Positions 1 to 12,670 are shown, counted from the first letter of the stretch. The stretch is DNA of 64,000 nucleotides from Schmidtea nova (GCA_044892505.1 CM097882.1:35774001-35838000); one strand, 5' to 3'. Notes: generated by a model not told the origin, from the sequence alone. Made by a program: numbers and translations.

Positions 1-499
1 GAGAGAATCTAGTGAGTGGGTCAGCTTTGTTACCAAAACTTCTCTTCACTATATTCTCTTGTTTGGTTCTTGCTGCCGATAGAAGGACTTACGCATCTAC
101 TTACTTTACGGTCCTGTCGCATGATTTATTTCTTTTTATTCTATTGCCTTATTCTATCTTAGGTCCACGCTTACTTTCTCTTAAAAATATGCGAATAACC
201 TCTCTAAACCTTGCTTGGGTTCCTTTGCAATTATCTCCTAAACTACTTTTATCCATCACCCAAATGTAATTATCAATAAACTTTAATTTCTTCTCGCCGC
301 GCCCTTGAAACTCCGAAGAATCCTCAACTGGGTGGCTATCACCTCGTGGCATTACACCACGAGGACGCATCTATTTATTTTACAGGTAAAGTTTATTCGG
401 AAATCCCTTAATCAAAACATGTATAATATCACAACTCATATTTCAAATATTTATTAAACTCAATTCAAACTTACAGAAACTTCCAACTACACATTATAA

Positions 500-692
500 T
501 TGTCTGATAATTGTCTGGGCTGGAAGTCATCAAAATACAACTGTCCAACTTACTTAAAAAATTACATTTGCAAACACATTGTAGGCATGGGAATCCGTTT
601 GAAACTGTGTGAACCCCCAGTTCAAGCTAAAAATAATCAAATCAAAATCGTGGACGTCCAACAAAAGCGAAGAAAGCATTGATCATTCAATA
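500..692 (+). mobile_element. MULE/Mutator-type transposase 3' relic with SWIM zinc finger
   Basis: ORF 500-682 contains (Y)NCPTYLKNYICKHIVGM, a degenerate SWIM CxCx(n)CxH motif. After a frameshift it reads RGRPTKAKKALIIQ*, a typical C-terminus of invertebrate MULE-SWIM transposases. Repeated ACTGCC motifs follow at about 740-990. Confidence 0.7.
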
Positions 693-1154
693 AACTTCAT
701 TCATGTTTTTTAATTTATAGTTAAAATAAATTTTCGATGTTTTATTTCTTCAATATTTTATTATTTTACTTCAATATTATATTATTTTACTGCCAATTAA
801 CACATCCTACAATTTCATTTTCAAATCTTTACATCCAGAAAAATTATTATTTTTATGCCAAAAAGTAGTTAATAACTGCCAACCGGAAATTCGTTTACTG
901 TCAGTTTCATTATTCTTTACGATTCATAATTAACTGCCAAATAATTATTTTATTTTACTGCTATTTAATTTTGATTACTGCCATGATAATATCCCATTAA
1001 AATTTATTCTTGTACAACTTGGTTTCAATTTGTTTTATTTAATTTCTAAATATTTATTATTAAATTAGGTATGTTTATTAATTCATTAACTTATTTTCGT
1101 TAATTTCAGCCTATTAAACAAAATTTATTTTTTGATTCCGCCAGTCCAACGCAT

Positions 1155-1317
1155 GAGACTTTTTTAAACAAGGTATAGAAATGTTCCTGCAACGATGGCA
1201 AGAGTGTATTAATGTTGATGGATCGTATTTTGATTAAATAATAAATGTGCAAATATATTTTTACATCTTTTGAATTATAATCCAATTAGCGGGCATTTCA
1301 TTCCGGACAAACTAATA
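1155..1317 (+). mobile_element. mariner transposon 3' end relic
   Basis: Reads FFKQGIEMFLQRWQECINVDGSYFD*, matching the mariner C-terminal pattern GI..L..RW..CI...G.YFD. It is followed by the TIR-like GGGCATTTCATTCCGGACAAACTAATA ending in TA. Confidence 0.75.
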
Positions 1318-1318
1318 A

Positions 1319-1973
1319 TGTGGATTTTATTTTTATTCGGTATTAATTTCTGACTCCTCGTGCTCTTATTTAAAATTAACCAAATCACTAAATAAAATTA
1401 TTTTTATTTTATCTATCACAATAATTTACACTTCAACTCGTTTGTCTGAGATTTCACTGCAACACTCTGATTTCTTATCTTTTCTTAATTCTGAATTTTT
1501 TGAATATCTCTTCGACCAACTGGCGAGGTTCCTAGTTGGTCAACTCCTTTGACTGTGTTTTTCTAATTGGATTTTTTATGAATTAAATTCCATAGTTGGC
1601 AGGCACCTATCGTGGTCATGCAATTCTCTGGATTTCCTATTTTCAGATACTTTATTAAAATTAATTAATTTATTAAAATTTCAAGTTATCTCTACAACTG
1701 AGTTTCACAACTAATTTTTTTGGTGTAATTGAATCAATCTTTTGACAATCCGGATTTCTTACACTGCTCGGGTTTTCCATTAGGTAATTAATTTGTTCTC
1801 TATTGCTATTTACTTATTCAATTTATTTATTTATTTATTATATTATATTTGTATTCATTTTATCCTTTGGCACACGCCCATGCCAGTTTCCCCCTTAAAA
1901 CTTATTTTTAATTTTTGTAAATTTTTAATTAATTTAACCATTTAATTTTTACTTTTATTTTCATTTTTTATCA
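1319..1973 (-). mobile_element. diverged solo LTR of the window's TGTTGGG/CCCCAACA LTR family (boundaries approximate)
   Basis: Shares the motifs CTGACTCCTCGTGCTC, TTCGACCAACTGGC and CTCGGGTTTTCCATTAGGTAATTAATT with the copies at 43.7, 47.9 and 57.0 kb. Confidence 0.55.
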
Positions 1974-2118
1974 GGAAAATATTTTGAATTATTCATTAAT
2001 AGTATTATGTATAATATATATACTAATAATTCGATTATTAACAGATTTAACCCATTTTCGGAAAGGACAGATTTTTTATTGTAATTTTTATAAAGGTTTT
2101 GAAATAGATTACTTTCAG

Positions 2119-2379
2119 TTGCAAAATGTTACAAAGAAAATCTGGTTGGATTTGATCAGTCGTCAATGAGATTAGACAGCAACATTGCTACGATCGGATC
2201 AATCGTCACAATTCACTGTCAGATCGGATATTATAGAATTCAAAGTCTTACTCTTAATAAAAATATTTCACTTTCAAACCAATACCAATGCATCGGAGAC
2301 GGTGACCCGTCCAGGAATCCAAACAATTACAAAGCTAAATGGCGGGGCCTTCAAAATGAGTACCCCGAATCTTGTATCG
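2119..2379 (+). CDS. exon of multi-sushi (CCP) domain gene, module 1 in window
   Basis: Acceptor TTTCAG at 2113-2118 and donor GTAAGT at 2380. The exon is 261 bp, phase 1/1, and open: AKCYKENLVG...IVTIHCQIGY...YQCIGDGD...AKWRGLQNEYPESCI, giving the four-Cys plus Trp sushi pattern. Confidence 0.8.
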
Positions 2380-2554
2380 GTAAGTTATTAATCATTACAT
2401 TTGCAATAAGCTTTGTGTTTGTTTATACTAATCATAATATTCCAATTAAAAAAATATTACATAAATTACTATTTTTATTTTGAAAATTTTATTTCAATAT
2501 TTTATTTCAATATTTTTTCAATATCTTTTTTTTATTTACAAAATGTATTTTATA

Positions 2555-3093
2555 TTTGGTGAATAAAGATTGTAAAGCTATTATGACCTTGAAGACCTTC
2601 ATTGTTCATTGTAATGTCTTGAGGGAGAAGCTTGAATATGTTGATCGTGTTCAAAATTGAATGAAAGGAAAAATGAACAATATACAAGGAAAATATTTTT
2701 CCGACCGAAAGCCTCTCTCAGAAAGAAGGTCTCATAAATATGTTCCAATAATATTATGGGAATGCTAACAAATGGAATCAATGGAATGTAATGGAATGTA
2801 ATGGATATGTTGAATGTATAGTGGCTTAAGGTGAATATCCATCAGTGATGAATATCGTTTTCACCATCTCAGTCCAGTAAGCGAAGACTTACTCAGCAAG
2901 CACAATGTAACTTTGGCAAGAGATAATATAAATACCATTAAATCATTTTACCAGCAATACGGGATGTAATTAAACCCATAGCCAGCAATCGCGCTCTTGA
3001 GAACGTTCGTCTGAGGTGTCTGCTTAGAGGGAAGCAGAACCAGAACAAAAGCTTTAATGATATAGTGTGGACTCTTTTGAACGAAAAAACACT
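2555..3093 (+). mobile_element. degenerate Mutator-like transposase relic
   Basis: Frameshifted remnants in the expected order: DCKAI (GDGDSKA motif), EKLEYVDRVQN*M (KLECVGHVQKRM), SDRKPLS (DGKPL), Q*YYGNA (QNYYG.AI) and LPAIRDVIKPI...CLLRGKQNQNKSFNDIVW (G.TQN.NESFN..IW). It runs into an N gap. Confidence 0.7.
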
Positions 3094-4182
3094 NNNNNNN
3101 NNNNNNNNNNNNNNNNNNNNNNNNNNNNNNNNNNNNNNNNNNNNNNNNNNNNNNNNNNNNNNNNNNNNNNNNNNNNNNNNNNNNNNNNNNNNNNNNNNNN
3201 NNNNNNNNNNNNNNNNNNNNNNNNNNNNNNNNNNNNNNNNNNNNNNNNAATATATCTGGAATATTTGAAAATAATTAAAATATAAAATTAGTATAATCAA
3301 ATTAAAAGTTAACACCATTTAATATCACGGTCATACTAGTAGAGGGAAACTGGTATAACTCTATGGACAATTTATGATTTTATTTTTATTTTGCTTAAAG
3401 ATAATTTTAATATTACATTTGTAATTTAATGTTTAATTTGATTTATGTTTGTTTATAAGACAAAATAAAATTGCTTTTTCAAACTGATTTGTTTAAATTA
3501 AACATTTTAATTTGTTTTCAACATCTTATGTCAATAATATTGTTTTAAATTCACTCTATTTATTAATCATTAACATCTCTTTTTTTATCTTTTTTTTCTA
3601 TTTCAGAAATTTTCAAATTTTTATAGACAAGATCAAAATTATTTTTAATATACACGAATCTTTGGCACACCCGTTTTAAAAAGTGTAAAATAGTTTTAAA
3701 AAAATTTAATCTTTAGTTTTTTTTAAAAAACTCTATTTATTGAAATATTGCATTTTAAAAGAAAAGCAAAAAAATTAGTAACTTTTACATTTAAATTTTA
3801 ATAATTTTTTAATGTTTTTTATTTAACGATAAATTATATTAGATGAAAATAATTTTTTTAAACAGCTGCCAAACCTATTAATTAAAAGAAAATTATTAAA
3901 AAAAATTATTTACAATCTTTTATATTTATTTTTTTCATTTTTTCATTTTTGAAAGTTATTTAATGATTTTGTCTAAAACACAAAAAATAATAAATAAGTA
4001 TTTGCTGCAAAAACAATTTTATTAAGTGAGAAAATTGTTTTTGCAGCAAAGGCTTATTTTGTTACTAATTTATTAATTTATTTAATACTTAATGCTGCTA
4101 CCAATTAATCACCATTTTATACTCACAAACAATAATAATAACAATAAACATATTTATTTATAAAAATGAACACAATCAAATC

Positions 4183-5652
4183 TCATTTCATTTCCATACT
4201 GTTATAATTGTTATTATTTTTCAATTTAACGTAAATGGTCTCAGTTTCACTGTCTTCGGCATTCTGAAAGAGTTGTCGGTTTTTTGTTTCAAAGGGTAGC
4301 AGGCAAATCAAGAAACAACCTATCAAATTCAATACAAAAAACACCATTACACCACCAAAAAAAGAATATTTAGCCATTAGTATGTTGACAATCAAAGATG
4401 AAAGCATTCCGCCAATTCTTGAAGCGCAATTGCAAAGACCAAACGCCGTACTTCTCACAGTCGTTGGAAAGACCTCTGCTGTATATATATAGGCAAGATT
4501 AAATATGCAAAATACTGAACCTCTCAAAATAAACAAAGTAATACTGAAAAATGTGGAAACCATGCAAATTGTCAATGACAATATTGAAATAGACAAGATC
4601 AAAGACAAAATAAAAAAACATAATTTTCGATTAAAAAAAGCGACGAAAATTGTAAAAACGACAAGCATTAGTAATTCTCCACTAATCGAGATGTAGGTAT
4701 CTTTGTACGTATTCCATGACAATATGTCACAGCAAGAGTTGTCAATTGTCGAATTCGATGACAAAGGGAAAACCACAAGTAATTTCAATTTCCAAAAACA
4801 TTTTCGAGGAAACTCATTTATCCTTGAAATAAGTAAAACCACCCCATAATAACTGATTCCGGCGGTAAACCATAGGTAGAATGTTATCAAAGTTGTCGAG
4901 ATATACTTTCGATGAATCAAGTCCTTGAATGAAGAATTCTCGCGGCTTGGTTGGTTGACATTGTCAATTTTCTCTGATTTATTGAACCGAGCCATTTCAT
5001 TTAAAACATTTAAAGCTTCCTCTCGTCTGTTCATGAGTAATAAATATCTGGGAGATTCCGGTATCCAAAAGCTTAAGGGAATTCCAATGGTTAATGGAAT
5101 CGTAGAAAACACTAAGAACCATCTCCATCCAAGATTCGGAATGACAAAATAGGCGAGAGTAGTTGCATAATACGATCCGATAGACCAAAATCCAAAAATT
5201 ACATTTATCAAATTACTTCGATGTTTCATAGTGGAAAATTCCGTTATCAGAGTTATAAACGAAACGGTAGTTCCGCCAAAATTGAATCCAATCAACAACC
5301 TAATGAAAATTATCCATTCGATTCCTGGAGCAGTTGAGCACAGCAAGCCGAAATACAGCACCAAACCGTTGCTTAGGATCAGAATTATTTTCCTTCCAAA
5401 AACATTGCATGCTTCTCCGTAAAGTATTCCACCGAACATCATTCCGACGAATAGCGATGTTGCTAAAAGAGAAACCTGAAAAGCATTGAGTCTCCAATCA
5501 CAGGCCAATGCCGGCCCGAGAAAAGATAGCAGCATTATTTCAGAGGCTTCACATGACTGTAAGATGCAAAATATCGATACAAGGATCACGTTGAACTTTC
5601 CAAATCCAATTTTAGTGAAAATATTCTCCAAATTTTCGGAATTTGGATCCAT
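4183..5652 (-). CDS. intronless SVOP/SV2-like major facilitator superfamily transporter (489 aa)
   Basis: Uninterrupted ORF with about 12 hydrophobic segments and SVOP-family motifs: IGFGKFN, ASEIMLLSFLGP, FGRK, R.LIG...GG, EF, WRW, PESPRYL, YIYTAEVFPTTVRSTAFG and LPFETKNRQL. Confidence 0.92.
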   Translation of the reverse strand: MDPNSENLENIFTKIGFGKFNVILVSIFCILQSCEASEIMLLSFLGPALACDWRLNAFQVSLLATSLFVGMMFGGILYGEACNVFGRKIILILSNGLVLYFGLLCSTAPGIEWIIFIRLLIGFNFGGTTVSFITLITEFSTMKHRSNLINVIFGFWSIGSYYATTLAYFVIPNLGWRWFLVFSTIPLTIGIPLSFWIPESPRYLLLMNRREEALNVLNEMARFNKSEKIDNVNQPSRENSSFKDLIHRKYISTTLITFYLWFTAGISYYGVVLLISRINEFPRKCFWKLKLLVVFPLSSNSTIDNSCCDILSWNTYKDTYISISGELLMLVVFTIFVAFFNRKLCFFILSLILSISILSLTICMVSTFFSITLFILRGSVFCIFNLAYIYTAEVFPTTVRSTAFGLCNCASRIGGMLSSLIVNILMAKYSFFGGVMVFFVLNLIGCFLICLLPFETKNRQLFQNAEDSETETIYVKLKNNNNYNSMEMK

Positions 5653-5986
5653 TATATTTTGTAGAAATATGCCTCAGTGAAAATTAATCGATAATTGCAG
5701 ACATTTTTCAATGAGTGCGTTAATAGATTTTATGAATTCTATTATATCAGCACAAAAATGATTCACCAACAATTCTAACCACACATTTTATCTATATAGT
5801 ATTTTTTGTTTTTATCACTCGGATTTGACTTTTGTTAACAGTGTCGTATGAATAAAATTGAAAAAAATAAGAAAAATTGCCTGAAGGTATTTTTATTAAA
5901 CAGGGGCGTAATGTAGTAGATCAATGAAGTGGCACGCACACGTGAACTTCTGTAAAATAATACTCAGCAGAATTTTTATAATTATG

Positions 5987-5988
<2 letters not shown>

Positions 5989-6070
<82 letters not shown>

Positions 6071-6202
6071 CATAATTATCTTTTTTCACCTTTGATCTTT
6101 TTTTATTATTATTATCAATAATTCTCATAATGATGACTATTGATCAAAAATTTTTTTTATAAACAATAACAATATTTCGGCACAGCCTTTATCAAGTGTG
6201 TA
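5989..6202. repeat. (TA)n microsatellite joined to one arm of the palindromic MITE family
   Basis: (TA)n at 5989-6067 is followed by AATCATAATTATCTTTTTTCACCTTTGATC...CGGCACAGCCTTTATCAAGTGTGTA, identical in design to the arms at 13.5, 22.5 and 30.0 kb. Confidence 0.85.
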
Positions 6203-9200
6203 TATATTGCTGTTCTCGCTTATTTTTTTCAAACATCATGGAAAATTGCCACATACCTTAGAAATGACTGTTCGTTTTCTCTCCATTCGAGTTTCATAGC
6301 ATTGCCAGTTAAAAGAAATGAGTGTGTTTTTAATTAAATTGATGTTTATGAATATGAAAATATTGTTGGGCAAAAACCACAAATTGTTTTAATAAAGCGA
6401 TAACCCCATAAGTAGAGAGCGCGCAAGATTCAGTTTTAACCCAAAAATCCAATAAAAATCCAAGCGATTAAGTGGAAAACACCAAAAGGTGAAGTGGACT
6501 CAAAACACATCAACCAGTAGGGAACGCGCTAGCTGTGAGTCTGAAAGCCCTTACATTGAAACCTCGAGAAAAATCAAATGCCATCAAAAGAAGAACGTTT
6601 AAAAGTTAGAATAGGCGGAAAACCCATTGAAAATACCCATAAAAAACGGAATTGTGTTATAAAACCTTCAGTGCAGGAAAAATTAACAAAATTTTAGCCG
6701 AAAACTGTGATTTTATCAAAATATTTCACATTAACAACAAAAAGAACTAATATTGATCGAAATATCTAAATTAAATTAAATCGAACAAATTTCGATTCAA
6801 AAATAAAAATTTTGGATTAAAATAAATTATTTGTGTTTTATAAAAAATTATTACACAAAAATATGGATTTAATTTTCGGAAAATCATTAGAATTAATTTA
6901 GAAAAATTAAACGGAAAATTCTAGAACAATTTGTTTTATTACACTACTGAAGGTAACGCAAAATCGATGGTATATATACCGCCATCAAAATGGCAGAAAT
7001 CAGAATTTGTGGAAACCTTAATTTTACTTTCAATCTATTTTTAAAAAAATTTCAATTCCCGGAGAAGAAGTTATTTTTCCAAGAAAATCTTCAGAAAAAA
7101 AATTTAGGAGTTGCCAAGAGATTTTCACAGAAAAATTTCCGGAGAGAATCTTTCAAGAGAAACCCTACACCGTTGAGCAGAAGAGCAGTAACCAATTTAT
7201 TATTAACATTCGGAAGACATATTGTTAGGTGAGAGTTTGGCTATTTAATTTTTTTTTGTTGTTAATTACTTGTCGATTTATCGACATGGGAGGCCCTAGA
7301 AGTCATGCCCCTGGGACATCCCATGTCGACATCGCTCTTATTTAATTAAGGTTTTTATATTTTTATTTTTTTTTGTATATTGATAATGGAAATATTATAA
7401 TTATATGATTTTATCTCGTAAATTTTGGTTTATCATTAACATTGTCACAGGTTCTCATAATTATAAATTTCAGTATGATAAATGAAAGTTACCAAATAAA
7501 TATTCTAAAATAAAAGTTATCAAATAAAAAAAAATTTTTTCTTTCTTCCGTACCCCCTGAAGCCTGTGTCTGGCCTTGTGCCGATCGGGTGGAAGTAGCC
7601 TGAGCGGATCGCTAGTTCGATACGTAAATTGATCAGCCCATATTTCCGAGTCCAGATGAATAGCCTAAACATCCATGTTCACTTCATCCCAACTGGGGAA
7701 CAGTGGCTTGACCAAAGACAAGTTGTTATATTAATGATATTTGATTTATAATAAATGTAGTTTATCCGAATTTATAATTTTTGACATATTTACCTTTTAA
7801 CAATTAATACCACATGTGAACGTAAAGACCAATCTCTCCAGCAACGTCTTTTCCATTATGAAAAATAATTGTGCAAGAACATTTTACTCGTCGTCGCCTT
7901 CACTCTCGCAACAACTGTCATCTTATCCGAAAACGCAAGTAAATGGAAGCTAATGTTGGAAAAGAATCATATGAAATAATGCTCAAAACTGATAGAATGA
8001 TCATGAAATGAAATGAATTTAGGACAAGTATTGATTGATCTGAATTAAAACTCATTCATTATATAAATAAATTTTCTCTGGTGAATCTTGTTTTCGGGAG
8101 CCTGAAGTTCCTAAGTGAAGTGTCCCGAAAATTTCGCGCGCACTTTGATTGGGAAATTCATACTCGGACGAAACCGAAATTTACTTTGCCTGATGTTAAA
8201 AACATTCGGTGAGAGATTTACAACTTATTTTATTTTTATTTTTTATTTAGCATATAAAAACTTTTTAGATTAAATGCTTATTTGGATTTCTAAATTTATG
8301 GATAAGAATTTATCATTATGTGGATTTCGTGTTGATCAAAAAATTTACTTTCTATTATATTGGAAAATTTTTGATAAAAAAATTGTGAACCAAAAAATTT
8401 GTTTCCAAAGCATTTGTAAATCGAAAATTATATCGAACCCCTAAAAATTACCAATCTAAGACATTGTTATTATATAGAAGATTTTGTCATTTTGTAAAAT
8501 TCCTAAGAATTTATAAATCAAAACTTGTATTGAAACCCATAAAAATTGTAAATCGAGAATATTATTCTTATATTAAAAATTTTTATCATCTTGTAAAATT
8601 CTAAGTTCGAGATTTTATAGGAAAATTTTATGATTTATATATATATTAAAATATAAAAATTTGAATTCAAAATGCATATTATCAAAATTTAGAAATTTTA
8701 TTATTTTCATGAAATTATAAATTTAAAAATTTATAAAATCGTAATAAAAATATTATTATTATTTTACTTTAAAATTATTTTGTATATATAAATTTATATT
8801 ACTTCATAAAATACCCCACGATATCTCCAAGTCATAATGCAGCCCTATTTGCAAAAATTTACATCCATTTCATTCAATAGTAACACCCATATTTAATACA
8901 ATACAAAATACATTCAGTCACCGACACACACACACACTACCACATTTCGATCAATAGGACCTGCTATATTAAACAATACATTCACTCACCAACATACACG
9001 ACATGATTTCATCTCACAATATCCACTAGCGACATACATCCAGACGATCCCCACAAATATTCATATAATCCCACCCATTGTTTATAGCCTATTACCACAG
9101 TATCATTCTCAACATACAAACACACGCAAATCACATAAGATTATAACAATACGATATGTATTTCAGACCTAAGATAACGTATACATACATGCGAACTTAC

Positions 9201-10991
9201 AAACGCTACATCCACCCTCGAACAAATTATTTCCACTAACCATCAACATTCGGAAAATCGACCCATCTACGTAGGAAACCGAAAAATTCCCTCAGTAAGG
9301 TCCTATAACACTGTTTGTAGACTGTAACATTCTAGCATCTTTTGGTCCTTTTACCTGGGAAACGAGTTTTCCAACAAACCCACAAAATTTGCTATATAAT
9401 AATCTACCACCCCTAAAATAAATCGGAAGAAACAGGATTGATACATTAGTAACTGATCATTTTCAAAAATTATCATAGGGGATTGGACAAGTTCAAAAGG
9501 TAGTGCTTAAATTTCAGTTGAAGATATCTCTAGACGCGGTTAAATTCATTACTTAAAGATTAATAAAAATTTTTTTTTCTCTTAAAAAATTATTGAATCA
9601 TAAAAATCAAAATAAATAAAGTCCAATTTTATATTTCAAGAGAAAAATTGTACACCGAAAATTTACTCACATTTTTATAATACCTGGATACAGTTAGATA
9701 AAAGGCATCATGAAATCCAGAGGCATAATAATTCGATATAAAGTGCACGAAATTGAGCGGGAGGTTGTCGGAGATGATGGAGAAATATGAAAATCCAACT
9801 AACAAAAAATTCATATACAAAATTAAGAAGTTTCGACCATATCAGACGAAAAATGGCTGGAAAATGCTTCCTCATAAATAGGTTAAATTCCATAAATATA
9901 GTTGATAGCGACAACCCGACGCTGATGAAATAAATGATCCAACGAGAGTGATTCGTGAACTGTGAAGAGAATAGGAGAATGTAGTAGCCTCGAAGTGAGA
10001 GTCAAACTGATAGACAGTTCGTAATAGTGCGAATATAAAATCTGTAAAATGTTACATAATTATTGCGTTATTGACAGCAAGAAAGTTACCTCTTTTATAG
10101 CGGATGGGAAAAATCTGATTCCCGTTTTCATCAGTTCTACTCAGAATTTCCATTAGGGATTCTGAATTCGACCTTTGGCTGAAATCAATTAAATATACGG
10201 TAATGACAGAAAATCAATTTACTTAGAACCATCCAGTAGAAAGGGGAATCCATAGATCTAAAAATAAATTAAAATAAATAATTTTATTATGGAAATTAAA
10301 TTTACACATGATGTATTAGCCAATCAGAACTCATGGTATTTTGTTTTCCCTCTATATAGAATTTCCTTAAATCGGGGGAACGCCGAGGGTTTTGAGGGAA
10401 TTGCGGTTGAGATCGGATTTCCTAATTAAAAATTTAGTTTGAAATTGGAATAAGAAATTAAAATTTATGAATAAGAGGATTATCAGTACAATAAAATTAA
10501 CATGAAAATTATAGAATGTATATTATTACCGTTGATAAGGCCTCGGCGAAATTTTGAAAAGTCAAAATGATAAATTTTAATAAAATGCTAAAGATTTATA
10601 ATAAGCAAGATAGACATTAGGTATAAGAGATAAGCGAAGTTTTAGTTAAATTTATCAACACAAAAATATAAAAATCAAAAACATCCAGAAAATAATAATA
10701 GCTTGGTCTAAATAAATAAAAATTAATTACCCCGAAATTTTATGATAGATCAAAGATTTTTTCGATCTCTGAATTAAGTTGGCGATAGTATGCTTGAGGA
10801 TGAACTCGTAATTAATAACGAATGTGTAAAGATCCCTGTGATTTGAGAAATTTTGTGTACAATCGTTGGTTATAAAAAATCGATAAATGTTCATCGATCA
10901 AAATGATTTTATTTTTTTTTGATTTAAAATGAATATTTGAAATTGAATGTTGAGTGACGACTGGAATGGGTTATTATTGTATAATTTTTAG

Positions 10992-11447
10992 ATGTCCGAA
11001 ATGAATATTGAACAGAAATTCGAAGAGATGCACAAACTGATTGTGGAAAATGCCCGCCATAATCGCCGGGTAGACCAGTGTTTCGCCGAGATGGAGAGGG
11101 CGAAAACTTCAAATACGAATGCGTTACAGATCATGACGTCTCGGATGGAGAAGTTCAGAGCGCGATGCCGGGAGATGGAGTCGATGTGGTCGAACAAAGA
11201 GACCGTCGACAAACTCCGCAAACAAATCCAGATGCTGTTGCAGCAGACTGCGGACGACGCAATGAAATTGCGGGCGTGCCGAGTCACAATCAGGGACTTG
11301 GAAACCCAAAATGAACGGCTAAGATTGGACAGTGGCATCATTGCCGCCGTCCTGCCAAAACCACCCTGCCTGTCTCAAGAGTTGTTCCCAGTGAGGGTCG
11401 AGGAACAGATATTGGCACCTCCTGCTCCCGCGAAAACAGCCAGGTAG
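10992..11447 (+). CDS. orphan 151-aa coiled-coil protein, markedly GC-richer than its flanks
   Basis: Open ATG-to-TAG frame with heptad-like helical composition and a Pro-rich tail. AATAAA lies just downstream at about 11454 and about 11682. No family was recognised. Confidence 0.5.
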   Translation: MSEMNIEQKFEEMHKLIVENARHNRRVDQCFAEMERAKTSNTNALQIMTSRMEKFRARCREMESMWSNKETVDKLRKQIQMLLQQTADDAMKLRACRVTIRDLETQNERLRLDSGIIAAVLPKPPCLSQELFPVRVEEQILAPPAPAKTAR

Positions 11448-12227
11448 AAGCCCAATAAAGGGGTGAGAGCTCGAAGAAGACGTCGGCAGGAAGCGAGACT
11501 GCTGGGACAAGTCCGCAAGGAATCTTTGGACATAATAGACATTACCTCCTTGTGATTTTATTGACGAATATTTTATCGTGTATCTATTTTTCTTTGTAGT
11601 TTGTGTTGTTATTTTTTTTTTGTTGTTAACATTAAAGTTTTCCCTTGTTTTTTTTTATTATTGGTTTGAATGATTGAATGGAATAAAGTAATGTATAGAA
11701 TAAATTGAGTAAAATCAACTGAGGTTCAATAGTAAATGAAGTTCATGAAGTTTTTCTGAAGTAAATAATACATAGGAGGGACAAAATGGGCATTAAACCT
11801 TCTATCGGTAGCCCTTGGACCCAGGAGATATTCGGTCGATCATAGTTTCGTATTGACGACGCTCACTGATTGCGAATACCCACCCACTTGTTACAGTACC
11901 AACGTTACATAGTGACGGGTAACAAGATGGTAGTTTAAATGTTTTATGTGTTGAGTTGTTGATGAGAGCCATAGAAACGTCAAGGTCATATTGACGATCA
12001 ACAACCCACCAATATGAAAATTTTAAGTTGGTTTGTAGACAAATTTTTTTAGCAATTTAATTAAAATAACCAATGTGGTTTTTGACGATTCTCATATCTT
12101 TCTTTAGATCTTTATTCTACACTCGGGGCCGACTGGTGGGTTTTTGCCGCCCTAGGCAAAACGCAAATTTGCCGCCCTATAGCCTATATGTCAAGTTCAT
12201 TTTGAATTATTTAAATCACTGTGCGTT

Positions 12228-12440
12228 AGTAGGAGGATGTGTCCCAGTCAGATACAGTACCCCCCTTAAATTTTTTAAAATTACATAACACCGGACACTT
12301 GACCATTGCATCACTCGTACGTGACCAGCTCACTTGTGCAAAAACACACTTATGGCACGTGTTGCCAATGGCAACTACTACTTTTAGAAATATTTTTGCA
12401 TCATTTGCACGTGTACGTCACACTTACTGACCATTGCATA
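12228..12440 (+). repeat. left terminal inverted repeat of Polinton derivative
   Basis: Reverse complement of 19343-19557 with scattered substitutions. Contains repeated CACTT(AT)TGACC-like motifs. Confidence 0.88.
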
Positions 12441-12532
12441 TTCCGCGCGTGTCCGACATGCTTATTGTCCAGCACACTTATGGATAGTAGCCGGTACACT
12501 TATTGACCGACACACCATCAGGTAATCACTAC

Positions 12533-12670
12533 CCGCCAACCGCCAACCACCAACCGCCAACCGCCAACCACCAAGCGCCAACCGCCAACCGCCAACCGCC
12601 AACCGCCAACCACCAACCGCCAACCGCCAATCACCAACCGCCAATCACCAACCACCAACCGCCAACCGCC
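12533..12670 (+). repeat. 7-bp tandem repeat (CCAACCG/CCAACCA)
   Basis: About 20 imperfect units are directly visible. They occur only in the left half of the Polinton derivative. Confidence 0.9.

Noticed and set aside
149-370. GC-richer minus-strand ORF at the window start as gag-like protein
   Set aside because: It has no diagnostic motif. It is probably part of an LTR-element remnant but cannot be classified.
4505-5680. Short ORFs overlapping the MFS gene, and likewise antisense or alternative-frame ORFs over the hAT transposases and the 10992 and 36128 ORFs
   Set aside because: These are shadows of the real coding strand with no independent motifs.
5924-6121. ORF with IYIYIY run (and similar at 24336-24539)
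   Set aside because: It is a translation of a (TA)n microsatellite.
5901-7560. CAGGGGCGTA (5901) and TACCCCCTG (about 7551) as paired hAT ends
   Set aside because: The flanking 8-mers do not match (TTATTAAA versus AAGCCTGT) and the TIR match is short.
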